A stretch of 64,000 nucleotides of DNA from Methanobacteriota archaeon (GTDB lineage Archaea; Thermoplasmatota; Poseidoniia; Poseidoniales; Thalassarchaeaceae), in the NCBI GenBank assembly GCA_002722735.1, contig PBMR01000009.1, positions 42,881 to 106,880 of the forward strand, read 5' to 3'. Below, one piece after another: positions 25,398-35,748 of this stretch. The notes beneath the pieces are model-generated. The model was given only the letters and a program-made list of their open reading frames with translations, did not search any database and was not told the origin of the DNA. Position 1 is the first letter of the stretch. Each line of letters opens with the position of its first letter. The translations under genes were made by a program, and so were the position numbers.

Positions 25398-26501
25398 CTA
25401 AATGTGTTTGTACCCAACAGCTTCGCTAATTCCCGAGAATCCGGATTCTTTAGTCTTCTTGGCTAGCCCCCTGACTATGTTGGACACGATGGAGGGGCCA
25501 TTGAAAACCAAGGAGGAATACAATTGCAGAAGCGAAGCTCCCGAGGTGATGGCATTCCATGCTGTTTCACAGGATTCTATTCCCCCCACGCCGATGATCG
25601 GGACCTTGCCCTCGGTCTCTTGGAAGAGCATTTCGATGATTTCTATTGTCCTACCATGGAGGGGGCGACCTGATAGTCCACCATCGTGAGCAAGCGCTTT
25701 CCTAGATTGAGTGGAGAGGGGAATGGGCCTACTTACGGTGGTATTTGTTGCTACGAAGCCATCAATGCCCAAGCCCATGGCAACGCGTGCAGTATCCAAA
25801 GCCTCTTCATTTGGGGAATCAGGCGAGAGTTTCAAGAGGATGGGTTTCGATGCCTGCTTCCTCCTACCAATGCCAATGCATGACCGCAATACGCCTTCGA
25901 GCAAATCTTCTTCATGGAGATCCCTCAATCCAGGGGTGTTCGGCGATGAAATGTTCAAGACAAAGAGGTCTGCGTAATCCCAGAGGACGTCCAAAGTTGA
26001 TGAATAGTCATCAGCAACATGCTCATCATCCACCTTCATTGAACGGCCAATATTTGCTGCTACTGGTGATTTCGGCCATCTTTCAGCAACTTTACGAGCA
26101 ATCAACCGGTCCCTTACAACAGAGGCCCCAGGATTGTTTAGTCCCATGTTATTCACCAAAGCCCTGTCTTTGTTTGCTCTGAACATCCTTGGCTTGGGAT
26201 TCCCATCTTGCGGATAACGAGTTACTCCCCCATATTCGCTCCATGAGAATCCCAGTGCTGGCCAAGATAACAGGGCTTCAGCCCCCTTGTCAAAGCCTGC
26301 CGCGAGACCCAAAGGATGGTGGAAAAGCAAATCGAAGACTTCTATTGGGAGCTTGGGAGAGCGATAAAACTGGTTTAGGAGGAACTGTCCGGATGTCTTC
26401 TCACCAATGGATGATAGAAAGGAGATTGTATGAGAGTGAGCACGTTCTGGGTCAATCAGCTTTAGCGATGGATTAGCAAGCATTCTCCAAGCCAACCCCA
26501 T
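25398..26501 (-). CDS. pyrD: dihydroorotate dehydrogenase (quinone), class 2
   Basis: N-terminal L.LIDPERAH, HPLGLAAGFDK, NNMGLNNPG, LNISSPNTPGLR (Ser base), GGLSGRPL and IIGVGGI. Aligns along its length with the E. coli PyrD pattern. ATG at 26501. Confidence 0.85.
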   Translation of the reverse strand: MGLAWRMLANPSLKLIDPERAHSHTISFLSSIGEKTSGQFLLNQFYRSPKLPIEVFDLLFHHPLGLAAGFDKGAEALLSWPALGFSWSEYGGVTRYPQDGNPKPRMFRANKDRALVNNMGLNNPGASVVRDRLIARKVAERWPKSPVAANIGRSMKVDDEHVADDYSSTLDVLWDYADLFVLNISSPNTPGLRDLHEEDLLEGVLRSCIGIGRRKQASKPILLKLSPDSPNEEALDTARVAMGLGIDGFVATNTTVSRPIPLSTQSRKALAHDGGLSGRPLHGRTIEIIEMLFQETEGKVPIIGVGGIESCETAWNAITSGASLLQLYSSLVFNGPSIVSNIVRGLAKKTKESGFSGISEAVGYKHI

Positions 26502-26553
26502 CGACGAGGCTAAAGGCACATATTCTTCAATCGTTGCGCATGAATTGAGGAGT

Positions 26554-27006
26554 ATGGCCACAACAGCCGGAGAAATAGCCATTGCCGAACTGGCAAGGCT
26601 GATGCTCGAGCTATCCCCTGTGACGATTGTCCTAAATTCAGGGGAGCAACATGCCAGATGGGAGTCCGAGTTATTTTGGAATCATGCGAATTCTAGGATG
26701 TTGGAGATTAACGAAATTGCACCATCACTAGTCATTAATGTAGAGCCGCCACAATACATGGGAGGAACAGCACAGCACTTGGCTTTCTACAAGGATGCCA
26801 AGTTGATTGCCGTTGTTGGTGATTATATGCCAAAGTCTTTGGAGGTGATATGGATACCCGTCGAGTCAAAGAGATTCAGTGAGTTGCTTTATGCAAATCT
26901 ACTACAATTTGCCGAAGCAGGGTACCCTGGATGCGTAGGTTGTCTTGGCCCCGCGTTCGATAGAAATTGGAATGAGCGGGCTCATAGGGAATCGCTGCGG
27001 CCTTAG
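26554..27006 (+). CDS. hypothetical protein
   Basis: 150-codon ORF divergent from pyrD. No motif recognised. Confidence 0.4.
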   Translation: MATTAGEIAIAELARLMLELSPVTIVLNSGEQHARWESELFWNHANSRMLEINEIAPSLVINVEPPQYMGGTAQHLAFYKDAKLIAVVGDYMPKSLEVIWIPVESKRFSELLYANLLQFAEAGYPGCVGCLGPAFDRNWNERAHRESLRP

Positions 27007-27119
27007 TTCGGCTTCACGCGCAGGCACGCACTCGCGCGCGTTGGATGTGTTTCTGGCTGCTCACGTTTATACATGGGCCGTATCGGCACCGTGAGACTAG
27101 AGAGTGTAGGTGTGGGAAT

Positions 27120-29375
27120 ATGAAGTTGGTAATCCTGGAATCCAAGGCCAAGGCTCGGACCATCAAGAAGTATCTAGGTCGGGGTTGGATGGTCGAGGCT
27201 TGCAATGGCCATGTCCAAGACCTGCCTTCCCGTGACGGGTCCAAACAAAGCTCCAAAGCACTGTGGGCCTCTAAACCCGGAAAGCTCCCAAACCCTCCTT
27301 GGATGTGGACTGAAAGAGCGGAGGGGATAGTCACCAAGATTCTCTCTAAAGCCTCAGCATCGGGGGTGGATGAGGTTTTCATCGCAACCGACCCCGATCG
27401 TGAAGGTGAATTTATTGCGTGGAGGTTGAGTATAATCTTCGCTGAATTCCCCTCTGTTGCTAGAGTATCGTTCAACGAAATTACCAAACAAGCTGTAACC
27501 GAGGCTATCGACAATCCCCTGGGATTGGACATGGCATTGGTCGAAGCAGCCATTGTCCGCCGCCTCATGGACAGGCTAGTTGGATTCCGATGCTCCAAAT
27601 TCTGCAGATCCTGGAGGCTTAGGTCAATGGGTAGGGTGCAGACTCCAACATTGGGTTTTGTGGTCAACAAGGAATTGGAAAGGGAGGCCCATGTTCCAAA
27701 GGAGTACCACTCGGTTTCTGTTGATTCAAATGGAGTCAATCTGAAGGTCAAGTTCCATGAGAGCAATGATCCCGACGCTTGGTTGGATGATCGTGGAAAA
27801 TATCATTCCAATAGAACATCCGATACGAAGGCTGCCAAGATAGCACATGCAACGCTCATGGATTCCAACTCACTGACCTTGGTATCTGTGCAGGAAGGAA
27901 AAGTTCGGAGGCGGCCACAACCCCCTTTCACCACTGATACCATGCTGCAATCTGCAAACTCTAGATTAGGGTGGTCCATTTCAAAGACTAGCAGCGTTGC
28001 TTCCTCCCTTTACCAATCTGGGCACATCACCTACATTCGCACTGACTCCACAAGAACAAATGCTGACGCGCGCGAGACTATCAGGGAATTGATTGCTCAA
28101 AAGTTCGGCACTGATCATTTGGGCAAAGGTGTGGGCGAATCGAGGAAGTCATCCAAAGAACGAGTCCAAGATGCCCACGAAGCCATACGTCCCACCAACC
28201 CGGAAAACGAGTTGGTTGAAACCAACGAAGACGAAGTTGCTTTGTACAAATTGATATGGGCCCGGTTCGCTGCTAGCCAAATGTCTGATTCAGTAAGGGA
28301 GCGGAGGCAAATGATCCTCTCATGTGAGGGATTAGACCTGCAGCTTTTCGGCAGCTCAAGTTGGAGGGTTCATGCAGGTTGGGAATCAGCCTATTCTAGA
28401 TATTTGTCCGATGTATTAACAGAACCCCCCATATCAGGATTCTCAATCGGCTCCATGTGGGCATTCGACAAAGAGCCTGCTATGGTAACCGATGTAACCA
28501 AGCCACCGAGAAGATTCTCAGAGAGTTCCATCATTCAACAGATGAAGGGTGCAGGCATAGGTCGACCCTCCACATATGTTTCCACAGTTAGAAAATTAGT
28601 TGACAGAGGGTACGTGGAAAAGGATGGTAGTTCACTAGCCCCTACCACCGAGGGGAGGCTCTTGTGGCTGGATGTAGTGCCGCATTACAACGAAGAATCC
28701 CTCTTGGAGGGCGGATTGTTCACTTCAGAATTCACTTCAACCATGGAGGGGAATCTGGATAAGATAGAGCTCGGAGACTCCAATGCGGCTACTACGTGGG
28801 AGGATTTTGTAGGCGTTTTCAGATCTATGCATAACAATGCACTTGAACGCAGGCGGAAGATGCCAACACCTAGACAACTGCGTTACCTAGAAAGGCTGAC
28901 TAGCCGAATGAGCGAGGAAGAGAAGTTCGCGATCTGGGGGCTCGGTGGCTTAGAAGCTCTTTCAGGAGAAGAAGTTAGGGGGATAATCGATTCTCTCAGC
29001 AATGCGGTTCAAGGAGAAATTCAAGCCAGTGAGAAGCAGGTGGCATTAATCATTAGATTGGTAGAAAAGCTATCATTGGATTTGGATATATTTTTGCACG
29101 AGCAGGGGATTGTGGACATCGATTCTCTCACAGGTGGACGCGACGGTACTGCAAGTATGGCTATTGATAAACTGATTTCACTCGATAACTCCTCACCTGC
29201 TACTGAGCGGCAAATTAGCACCATCCTGTCAATGAGCGAAAATCTTGAGATAGCCATCGAACATGCGGTCGAATTGGTCAAGAGCGAGTCTATTGAAACT
29301 ATAACAAAACAGGATGCGAGTAGCCTGATTGGCATTCTCAAGAAGCGAATCAGGTCTCGACGAAGGGGAAAATAG
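27120..29375 (+). CDS. topA: DNA topoisomerase I (type IA) with a Cys-free repeat C-terminus
   Basis: Toprim MKLVILESKAKARTIKKYLG..., DPDREGE and catalytic ITYIRTDS. ATG at 27120. The C-terminal ~170 aa form three similar ~57-aa units. Confidence 0.9.
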   Translation: MKLVILESKAKARTIKKYLGRGWMVEACNGHVQDLPSRDGSKQSSKALWASKPGKLPNPPWMWTERAEGIVTKILSKASASGVDEVFIATDPDREGEFIAWRLSIIFAEFPSVARVSFNEITKQAVTEAIDNPLGLDMALVEAAIVRRLMDRLVGFRCSKFCRSWRLRSMGRVQTPTLGFVVNKELEREAHVPKEYHSVSVDSNGVNLKVKFHESNDPDAWLDDRGKYHSNRTSDTKAAKIAHATLMDSNSLTLVSVQEGKVRRRPQPPFTTDTMLQSANSRLGWSISKTSSVASSLYQSGHITYIRTDSTRTNADARETIRELIAQKFGTDHLGKGVGESRKSSKERVQDAHEAIRPTNPENELVETNEDEVALYKLIWARFAASQMSDSVRERRQMILSCEGLDLQLFGSSSWRVHAGWESAYSRYLSDVLTEPPISGFSIGSMWAFDKEPAMVTDVTKPPRRFSESSIIQQMKGAGIGRPSTYVSTVRKLVDRGYVEKDGSSLAPTTEGRLLWLDVVPHYNEESLLEGGLFTSEFTSTMEGNLDKIELGDSNAATTWEDFVGVFRSMHNNALERRRKMPTPRQLRYLERLTSRMSEEEKFAIWGLGGLEALSGEEVRGIIDSLSNAVQGEIQASEKQVALIIRLVEKLSLDLDIFLHEQGIVDIDSLTGGRDGTASMAIDKLISLDNSSPATERQISTILSMSENLEIAIEHAVELVKSESIETITKQDASSLIGILKKRIRSRRRGK

Positions 29376-29401
29376 TTGTACCCGGGTCCTGAGTGATTAG
29401 C

Positions 29402-30607
29402 ATGGACACGGCGTATGATGTCGTCATCATTGGCGCTGGGCCGATAGGGGGATTTCTCTCTCGAAGATTCTGCGAGAGGGGGCACAGCGTCTTGCTGGTC
29501 GAGGAACACGCAGAGGTTGGTCGTCCCTTCCAATGTGCCGGCCTCGTAAATCCCGATGCAATGGATTCCGTGGGTGTGGAACACGCTATATTGACAAAAA
29601 TCTGGGGTGCTAGAATCCACAGTCCATCGGGTACTGCTGTCAATATTGGTGATTCCCAGAGAATTCGGACCTTATCTGTATGCCGGAAGATATTCGATGA
29701 AGCTGTCGTCATGCAGGCCATAGAAGTTGGAGCTGATCTGCTTTTATCCAGCAGACCCACTTCGGCCACTGTCCACGAGGATTATGTTTCCCTTGATATA
29801 GAGACCCCAAGGGGTGAGCTGGCCATCAAAGCGAAGTTGGTTTGCGGTGCCGACGGTGCGCATTCGTGGGTAAGGAGAAGATTTCGAATGGGGAATCCCA
29901 GGGAGCTAATGATTGGCTTCCAAATCGAAGTCGCAGGCTATCGGGGCGAGGAGGGAAAGTTGGATATGTACACTGGAAGCGACTTCGCCCCGGGTTTCTT
30001 CGCATGGGCCATTCCTTCTCGTGAAACTACAAGGATTGGTACGTGGACGAAAGCTAGCCTTCTAGGGGGACGTTCATGCGAGGACCTACTGCGAAAGTTA
30101 CAGAGCTGTAGCGCTTGGTCTTCGCGATTTGAAGAATGCACTGAGATTGGCCGTTATTGCGGGCCCATTCCCAGTGGTTTCGTAAAACGGCCATTGATTG
30201 AGAGGGTCGCGCTTTTTGGCGATGCGGCCGGAATATGCAAACCCACAACTGGCGGCGGGATTGGACCGGGGTTCAAACAGGTAGACCTGTTAGTTCCTGA
30301 GCTGAGTCTGGCGTTGAACGAAGGGGATCTCTCTAGCCGGAGGATGGGTAAAATTTCCAAACTGCTGGATGAGATGAGTGGTGATCAAAGGAGGAAGCGG
30401 GCCCTGAGGGATGCGTTTCTCACGGAATCAACAGATTCTGAGTTGGATGAGATATTCAAAGTCTGGTCGAAACCGGAAGTAACCTCACTTATCAACGAAC
30501 TTGGAGACATAGAGAACCCAATACCTCTGGGGGTGAAGATGCTCAGGGAGGTCCCAGAGTTCAGGAAGCTTGCAGGAAGAGCAGCGATGGCAGTTCTGTG
30601 GGGTTAA
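29402..30607 (+). CDS. geranylgeranyl reductase family FAD-dependent oxidoreductase
   Basis: YDVVIIGAGPIGG..LLVEE....CAGLV, ...GADGAHS and ..LFGDAAG. Confidence 0.8.
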   Translation: MDTAYDVVIIGAGPIGGFLSRRFCERGHSVLLVEEHAEVGRPFQCAGLVNPDAMDSVGVEHAILTKIWGARIHSPSGTAVNIGDSQRIRTLSVCRKIFDEAVVMQAIEVGADLLLSSRPTSATVHEDYVSLDIETPRGELAIKAKLVCGADGAHSWVRRRFRMGNPRELMIGFQIEVAGYRGEEGKLDMYTGSDFAPGFFAWAIPSRETTRIGTWTKASLLGGRSCEDLLRKLQSCSAWSSRFEECTEIGRYCGPIPSGFVKRPLIERVALFGDAAGICKPTTGGGIGPGFKQVDLLVPELSLALNEGDLSSRRMGKISKLLDEMSGDQRRKRALRDAFLTESTDSELDEIFKVWSKPEVTSLINELGDIENPIPLGVKMLREVPEFRKLAGRAAMAVLWG

Positions 30608-30662
30608 GTTATTGCCTCTTTCAGTTCAGAGGTTAAGATATCCCCCGTTTGAGCCTGCGCAG

Positions 30663-31712
30663 ATGGAACCCAGCCAAGTGCCTGCGATGGAAGTTGTAAT
30701 TGAGTCCGATTTTTTACCGACACCGAAATTTAAGATCGGTGCCGAAGATGAATGGTTCATAGAATGGAGGGCGTTCTCTGAAGAATTCAGCCATCTCCCG
30801 GTTATTGAATGCCAGATTGGAGAGAGGCCACCCGATTTCATAGACAGAACCCGTAGAGGATGGTACATCATACCAGACCCCCTTCATGCTGTTTCTAGAA
30901 GTCTGATACCACCAACGGTAATCCTGCTGATAATCGCCTTGTTTATTCACGCAATTGAGCCTGGTTTGGTAGCTCTGGACATTATTTCCCGATCTTTCGC
31001 CGGCTCATTCAAATTCGGCCCACTATACTACCCCAAACTTCTATTCGTCGCTTTCCCAGTATTCCTCCTCCCACTGCTGTACCGAATGATAGCCAATTTG
31101 AGGGATTTGCGAAGGCAAAAATTACTCCTCAGTAAAGCGCCAGTAGATTTAGAGATAGGTACGATAGTTTCTAGGAACGGTGTGACAATTTCTTCCTTGC
31201 CCGACCTGCCTGATGAGGCAGGCATTCGCAGGGCTAGGATCCAAGTCGGTATTGCGGTGCCGGAGAGGAGCATGCTCATTCATGCACTCGGCAGAAGCGA
31301 AGGAGGGCAACCAGCCCCTGGGATGTCCACCCAATTGCCCGATAAGAGAGTCACCACTGGGGATGAGATAGGTACTGGAGTAGGGGAGGCTATCCCCATG
31401 CAACTTGCAAACAGCAGAGTTGCCACGCTTGAGCCATTGCGTGCTTCGGAATACGGAGAATGGTCCGAGTTCCCCCAATTAGTAGACGGCCGACCTTTAG
31501 AATGGTCCTTGGAACTGCCGAAGGGCCAATGGCCCGGGTCGATATACTCCCCTCTAATCGCCGTACATTGGGAACTGGTCATCGAATGCACGGGCGTTCT
31601 GAACTCAGACGTTATGTGGGTCCAGCCGATTACAATGGGTGGCAGCGTCAATAAAATCGTCTCTGGCAACCTGCCTGTTCGAAGCGGCCGGGTGGAGTTA
31701 TCAGGTTATTGA
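30663..31712 (+). CDS. hypothetical membrane protein (two central TM helices between soluble N- and C-terminal regions)
   Basis: ORF trimmed to the ATG at 30663. Hydrophobic spans LIPPTVILLIIALFIHAI and LLFVAFPVFLLPLLY. No family recognised. Confidence 0.45.
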   Translation: MEPSQVPAMEVVIESDFLPTPKFKIGAEDEWFIEWRAFSEEFSHLPVIECQIGERPPDFIDRTRRGWYIIPDPLHAVSRSLIPPTVILLIIALFIHAIEPGLVALDIISRSFAGSFKFGPLYYPKLLFVAFPVFLLPLLYRMIANLRDLRRQKLLLSKAPVDLEIGTIVSRNGVTISSLPDLPDEAGIRRARIQVGIAVPERSMLIHALGRSEGGQPAPGMSTQLPDKRVTTGDEIGTGVGEAIPMQLANSRVATLEPLRASEYGEWSEFPQLVDGRPLEWSLELPKGQWPGSIYSPLIAVHWELVIECTGVLNSDVMWVQPITMGGSVNKIVSGNLPVRSGRVELSGY

Positions 31713-32873
31713 GTTTGGAATGGTCCAGGCGCTATCCCCGTCCACCACTTTGGGGGGCGTTTCCAGAATATTGTATTCTGAGTCCCGCTTTACTGGGATG
31801 AAACCTGCATTAGTGATGATCTTCCGCAGTTCAATTTCGGTTGCCTGAGTCTTGGTGATGCCGGCGGAAGAGACGACATTCTCCTCCATCATGGTCGAGC
31901 CGGCGTCATCGGCCCCAGCTAACAATGCAATCTCTGCGATATCTAGTCCCATAGTGGTCCACGAAGCCTGAATGTGGTCGATGTTGTGGAAAAATAGTCT
32001 TGATACTGCAACGTGCCGAAGGTACTCGACGGAACCAGTGCCGAGCTCAATCATATTGCGGCCACCATTTCTTAATCCTAGACTAGTGTTTTCCAACATC
32101 ACTGGCCACGAAACGAATGATGAGAAACCGGTCAAACCCCTACATATGGAGTGTTCCTGCAACTGACGAATTCGAAACATGTGCTCAATACGTTGACGGA
32201 TGCTCTCCCCGAAACCGTAGACGTTGGTAGCAGAAGTGGTTAGGTTTAGTGTATGGGCCTCCCCCATCACCCTTAGCCAATTGTCCGCAGAGCCCTTTTT
32301 CGGGGAGACATCCATTCTGATGTCGTCAACGAGCATCTCGGCACCACCGCCGGGGAGACCGTGCAACCCTGCCTCAGAGAGCTCACGCAGAACCTCAATA
32401 GTTGAAATATCACAAACTTGAGCGATTCCTTCAATCTCGATAGGTGAGAAGCAGTCCAGAGATATACTGGGATGGCGATGTCGTAGTTCACTCAATAGCT
32501 CAAGGTACCATTGTAATGGAAGCTCTGGATTTACACCTCCTTGCATTAGAATCCTACTTCCACCAATCTCCTCTAGTTCGGTAACCCTCTGGCTAATTTG
32601 GTCAATGGTCTGGATGTATGACTCTTGGTGTCCAGGCAGCCTCTGAAAAGAGCAAAACTGGCAATTGATGGTGCAAATGTTGCTGTAGTTGATGTTCCTG
32701 TCGACGAGATAGGTGACTTCATTTCCAGATACCTGTTTATGACGTCTCACTGAGGCGGCGTGCATCAGGTCACTGAGGTTTGCATGCTGATAGAGAAGGG
32801 CCGCGTCATCGATATCCAGGGGGGGTGGGTCTTCGGATAACTGCTCTTCAAGGATAGAATGGCAATTTCCCAA
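31701..32873 (-). CDS. radical SAM enzyme of the MqnC/MqnE/CofH family (probably futalosine-pathway menaquinone synthesis)
   Basis: NINYSNICTINCQFCSF (CxxxCxxC), LPGGGAEML and ENVVSSAG. The exact member was not resolved. Confidence 0.7.
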   Translation of the reverse strand: MGNCHSILEEQLSEDPPPLDIDDAALLYQHANLSDLMHAASVRRHKQVSGNEVTYLVDRNINYSNICTINCQFCSFQRLPGHQESYIQTIDQISQRVTELEEIGGSRILMQGGVNPELPLQWYLELLSELRHRHPSISLDCFSPIEIEGIAQVCDISTIEVLRELSEAGLHGLPGGGAEMLVDDIRMDVSPKKGSADNWLRVMGEAHTLNLTTSATNVYGFGESIRQRIEHMFRIRQLQEHSICRGLTGFSSFVSWPVMLENTSLGLRNGGRNMIELGTGSVEYLRHVAVSRLFFHNIDHIQASWTTMGLDIAEIALLAGADDAGSTMMEENVVSSAGITKTQATEIELRKIITNAGFIPVKRDSEYNILETPPKVVDGDSAWTIPNSIT

Positions 32874-32877
32874 GCTA

Positions 32878-34197
32878 TCACCTAGCGCTTCCGACTAATG
32901 CTTCTATTTCATCAATGGCCTTCGGGCATTTAGCCGTCAATACTACGGGGCCTTCATCGGTAATGAGAACATCATCCTCAATGCGCACGCCGATTCCCGA
33001 GTATCTTTCGGGAATTTCAATATCAGCCCTCCAACTTCCGAAATATAGCCCTGGCTCTACTGTGAGTACCATTCCAGGTTGCAATTTTGGCCCCCCGTCT
33101 TCATCACCCTGCCTTCCACCGCCGACATCGTGGACGTCGAGTCCAAGAAAATGTCCAGTTCCATGCATGAAGAAATTTCTGTATGGCCCATTGAAATCCC
33201 CGCCATCTCCAATGGCCTCCTCAACGCTACAATCGAGAATCTCCAAATCAATCAACCCCTGAGCCAACACTGCTGAGGTGGCTCTGTGCATAGAATGCCA
33301 AACTGATCCAGCCTGACAAGCCTCAATGCCGGCCAGCTCTGCCTTCAGGACTAATTCGTATATTTCCCTCTGTGGTTCGGTGAATTTTCCATTCACAGGC
33401 CAAGTTCGAGTGATATCAGATGCATATCCCTCGACTTCACATCCAGCATCGACTAGGACTAAATCCCCGTCATTTATCACGCGGTCATTTGACTTATAGT
33501 GCAAAATAGTGGCATTATCGCCCCCGCCGACGATTGAGGGGTAGCTCCATTGACTATGGCTATGGGCAAAATGCCCTTCGATAATGGCCTGAATTTGCCA
33601 CTCACCAATACCTGGAAATGTGGATTTGATAGCAAGGATATGTGCGGCTGTTGCAATTGCGGCAGATTCCTGCATCAATTCAACCTCTCTTTTGGATTTG
33701 AGTCTCCTATGGCTGTCAATGATTTTTCGTGGATCGGACGTTTTCAAGCCCTCGAGAACACTATCCAAGTCTGTATTGAGGCCCAATATGGTGAAAATCT
33801 CCGTATCATCGGTGATAATTTCACGAATCTCCTTGTCTAAATCTGTTATTGAGTATGCTGAGTCTACGGGCCATCCCGTGGATGCCCCTTCGGCGCCAAC
33901 CCTGACTCCCTCCCAAATTTCAGCCTTGGTATCGCGAGGTTGGACGAAGAGAGCCGTGATCCATGAGTCACCATTGTGGCGAGCCATGAAGACAGATTCG
34001 GGATCGGCCCAACCACACAAGTATAGCAAGTACGAATTAGCACGGAACGGGTAGCTTACGTCATTGGAACGGATGGCCAACGGATTGGTTGGAATTAGAA
34101 CCAAGCCATCAGTTGGAATTAGTTCAAGGAGACGAGCCTGCCGTTTGCGGTATTCCTCGTGTGTGAATGGTAATGATGCCATCGACCCACCTTCCAC
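32878..34197 (-). CDS. Xaa-Pro aminopeptidase (M24B)
   Basis: DLVLVDAG.E..GYASDITRT, HGTGHFLGLDVHD and VEPG / IEDDV metal-ligand motifs. The start may be the ATG at 34182. Confidence 0.85.
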   Translation of the reverse strand: MEGGSMASLPFTHEEYRKRQARLLELIPTDGLVLIPTNPLAIRSNDVSYPFRANSYLLYLCGWADPESVFMARHNGDSWITALFVQPRDTKAEIWEGVRVGAEGASTGWPVDSAYSITDLDKEIREIITDDTEIFTILGLNTDLDSVLEGLKTSDPRKIIDSHRRLKSKREVELMQESAAIATAAHILAIKSTFPGIGEWQIQAIIEGHFAHSHSQWSYPSIVGGGDNATILHYKSNDRVINDGDLVLVDAGCEVEGYASDITRTWPVNGKFTEPQREIYELVLKAELAGIEACQAGSVWHSMHRATSAVLAQGLIDLEILDCSVEEAIGDGGDFNGPYRNFFMHGTGHFLGLDVHDVGGGRQGDEDGGPKLQPGMVLTVEPGLYFGSWRADIEIPERYSGIGVRIEDDVLITDEGPVVLTAKCPKAIDEIEALVGSAR

Positions 34198-34221
34198 CGA
34201 AGTTCGTTATTAGTAATTGGT

Positions 34222-35700
34222 TCAAGTCCACTTGGGTATTTGAATATCCTTCGTGGCGGTTAGGCGACGCTTGAATACTGCGAAAATCAAGAATGCAGTT
34301 GAACAAAGTAGAATGACCATTGATGGGGGGATTGGTGAGCTGGGATCGGCATCTGAAATGATGACTGTCAGCACTGAGGTCTCCCTGTCGTCATCGGACA
34401 CCTCAAGAGTAAGGGCATACTGATCGCCAACTCCCTCTGGCCATGGCATTTCCCGATATCTACCTTCGTAAATTGGGATGTTGTTAATTTTCCATACGCA
34501 TCTTAACGAAGAAATATCATTGTCTGTATCGCTAGAGCTAGTTGCATCAAACTCAATTGCAGATGATTTTTGCAGATATACAGTATCGCCATCGAAAACT
34601 GCCCTTCCGTCGATTTCCAATCGAATTACAGGGGCGAGGTTTTCTATTGTGAAATGGATCATCGATGTCTCTGAGTTTCCCGCTAGGTCAATTGCAGTCA
34701 AAGACAATTCGAACTCACCAGAGTAGTCGGTAGAGAATGAGTAGCTCCGCAAGTCATGACCGGACAAGACCTCAATTGGTATGCTGCCCGTGTGAGAGGG
34801 GCGTCTGATGGTCCAGATGTAATTTATACCATCCCTCCCCCAATGAGCATCATCGGTTTCGCTGCCATCGAAAAGCAAGTTACCCGATCCTTCGATTGCG
34901 GAAGAGGGCCCTCCGATAGTCACATCAGGAGGAGTGTTGTCAACACGAACACTGACGCATGCCTCTGAATAGCCTGCCACATCCTCATTGGACGAGAAGA
35001 CAAAAATATCGTGCCAACCATCATCATAGCCGGAAACATCGATTTCACTCACGAATGACCCCCAAACTGCATCCACAGGAAGGATGATGGCGGAATCGCC
35101 AACTGAGTCAAGGATTAATGAAGACTCTCGTTCACTGCATTGGACAGAGGGAGTAGATTGGACAATCTTGGCTAGCAATGTGGGTACGGAGTCCCCCATG
35201 CTGAATGAGTGCCCCTCTATCTGCAGTGTACTGCTTGCCCACGAATCCTCGGTCGGAGATTCAATGTATACAGTAGTGGGCAGTGAATGGGCACCCTCGT
35301 GAAAGAATATTGACCGGATAACCTCGATTGGGTCGCTAACTGAATCTTGTGCGAAGATATGTAGATTGCATGCGCAGGGCATAGCACCCCGGGCTTCTAT
35401 GGTGAATTCGAATCCCCAGCGAGGCCTAGAAGATAATCTATCCAATTCGAAAAGTTCACCGGTAAGGGTCCCGTGTTCAACCCGGCCTTCTGAATCAGAT
35501 AGATGCCACCAAATGGAAGATGGCAAATCTTCATTTTCGACATATCCACTTACGAATATGTCTTGGTCAGTCACAATTCCGTTATCTAAATCCACAGCTA
35601 TAATAATGGGATCGTCGAAGTGGTTAGATCCCACTACTGAAGGCGATGAAAACAACAATATGGAGACCAGTACAAGAGCCGGTGGAAGGTCATTCGTCAC
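34222..35700 (-). CDS. secreted surface protein with two PKD-like domains and a C-terminal TM anchor
   Basis: Signal-like N-terminus. FDGSETDD....INYIWTI and FDATSSSDTDND...CVWKIN PKD signatures. C-terminal hydrophobic span plus KRR. Confidence 0.65.
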   Translation of the reverse strand: MTNDLPPALVLVSILLFSSPSVVGSNHFDDPIIIAVDLDNGIVTDQDIFVSGYVENEDLPSSIWWHLSDSEGRVEHGTLTGELFELDRLSSRPRWGFEFTIEARGAMPCACNLHIFAQDSVSDPIEVIRSIFFHEGAHSLPTTVYIESPTEDSWASSTLQIEGHSFSMGDSVPTLLAKIVQSTPSVQCSERESSLILDSVGDSAIILPVDAVWGSFVSEIDVSGYDDGWHDIFVFSSNEDVAGYSEACVSVRVDNTPPDVTIGGPSSAIEGSGNLLFDGSETDDAHWGRDGINYIWTIRRPSHTGSIPIEVLSGHDLRSYSFSTDYSGEFELSLTAIDLAGNSETSMIHFTIENLAPVIRLEIDGRAVFDGDTVYLQKSSAIEFDATSSSDTDNDISSLRCVWKINNIPIYEGRYREMPWPEGVGDQYALTLEVSDDDRETSVLTVIISDADPSSPIPPSMVILLCSTAFLIFAVFKRRLTATKDIQIPKWT

Positions 35701-35748
35701 GATTGTCGCTCAAAGCAAACAGTATTGAACCCCATGGAGAGATGATTG

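Noticed and set aside
27014-27766. 250-aa minus-strand ORF over the 5' part of topA
   Set aside because: It is antisense to the Toprim/topoisomerase core and has no recognisable motif.
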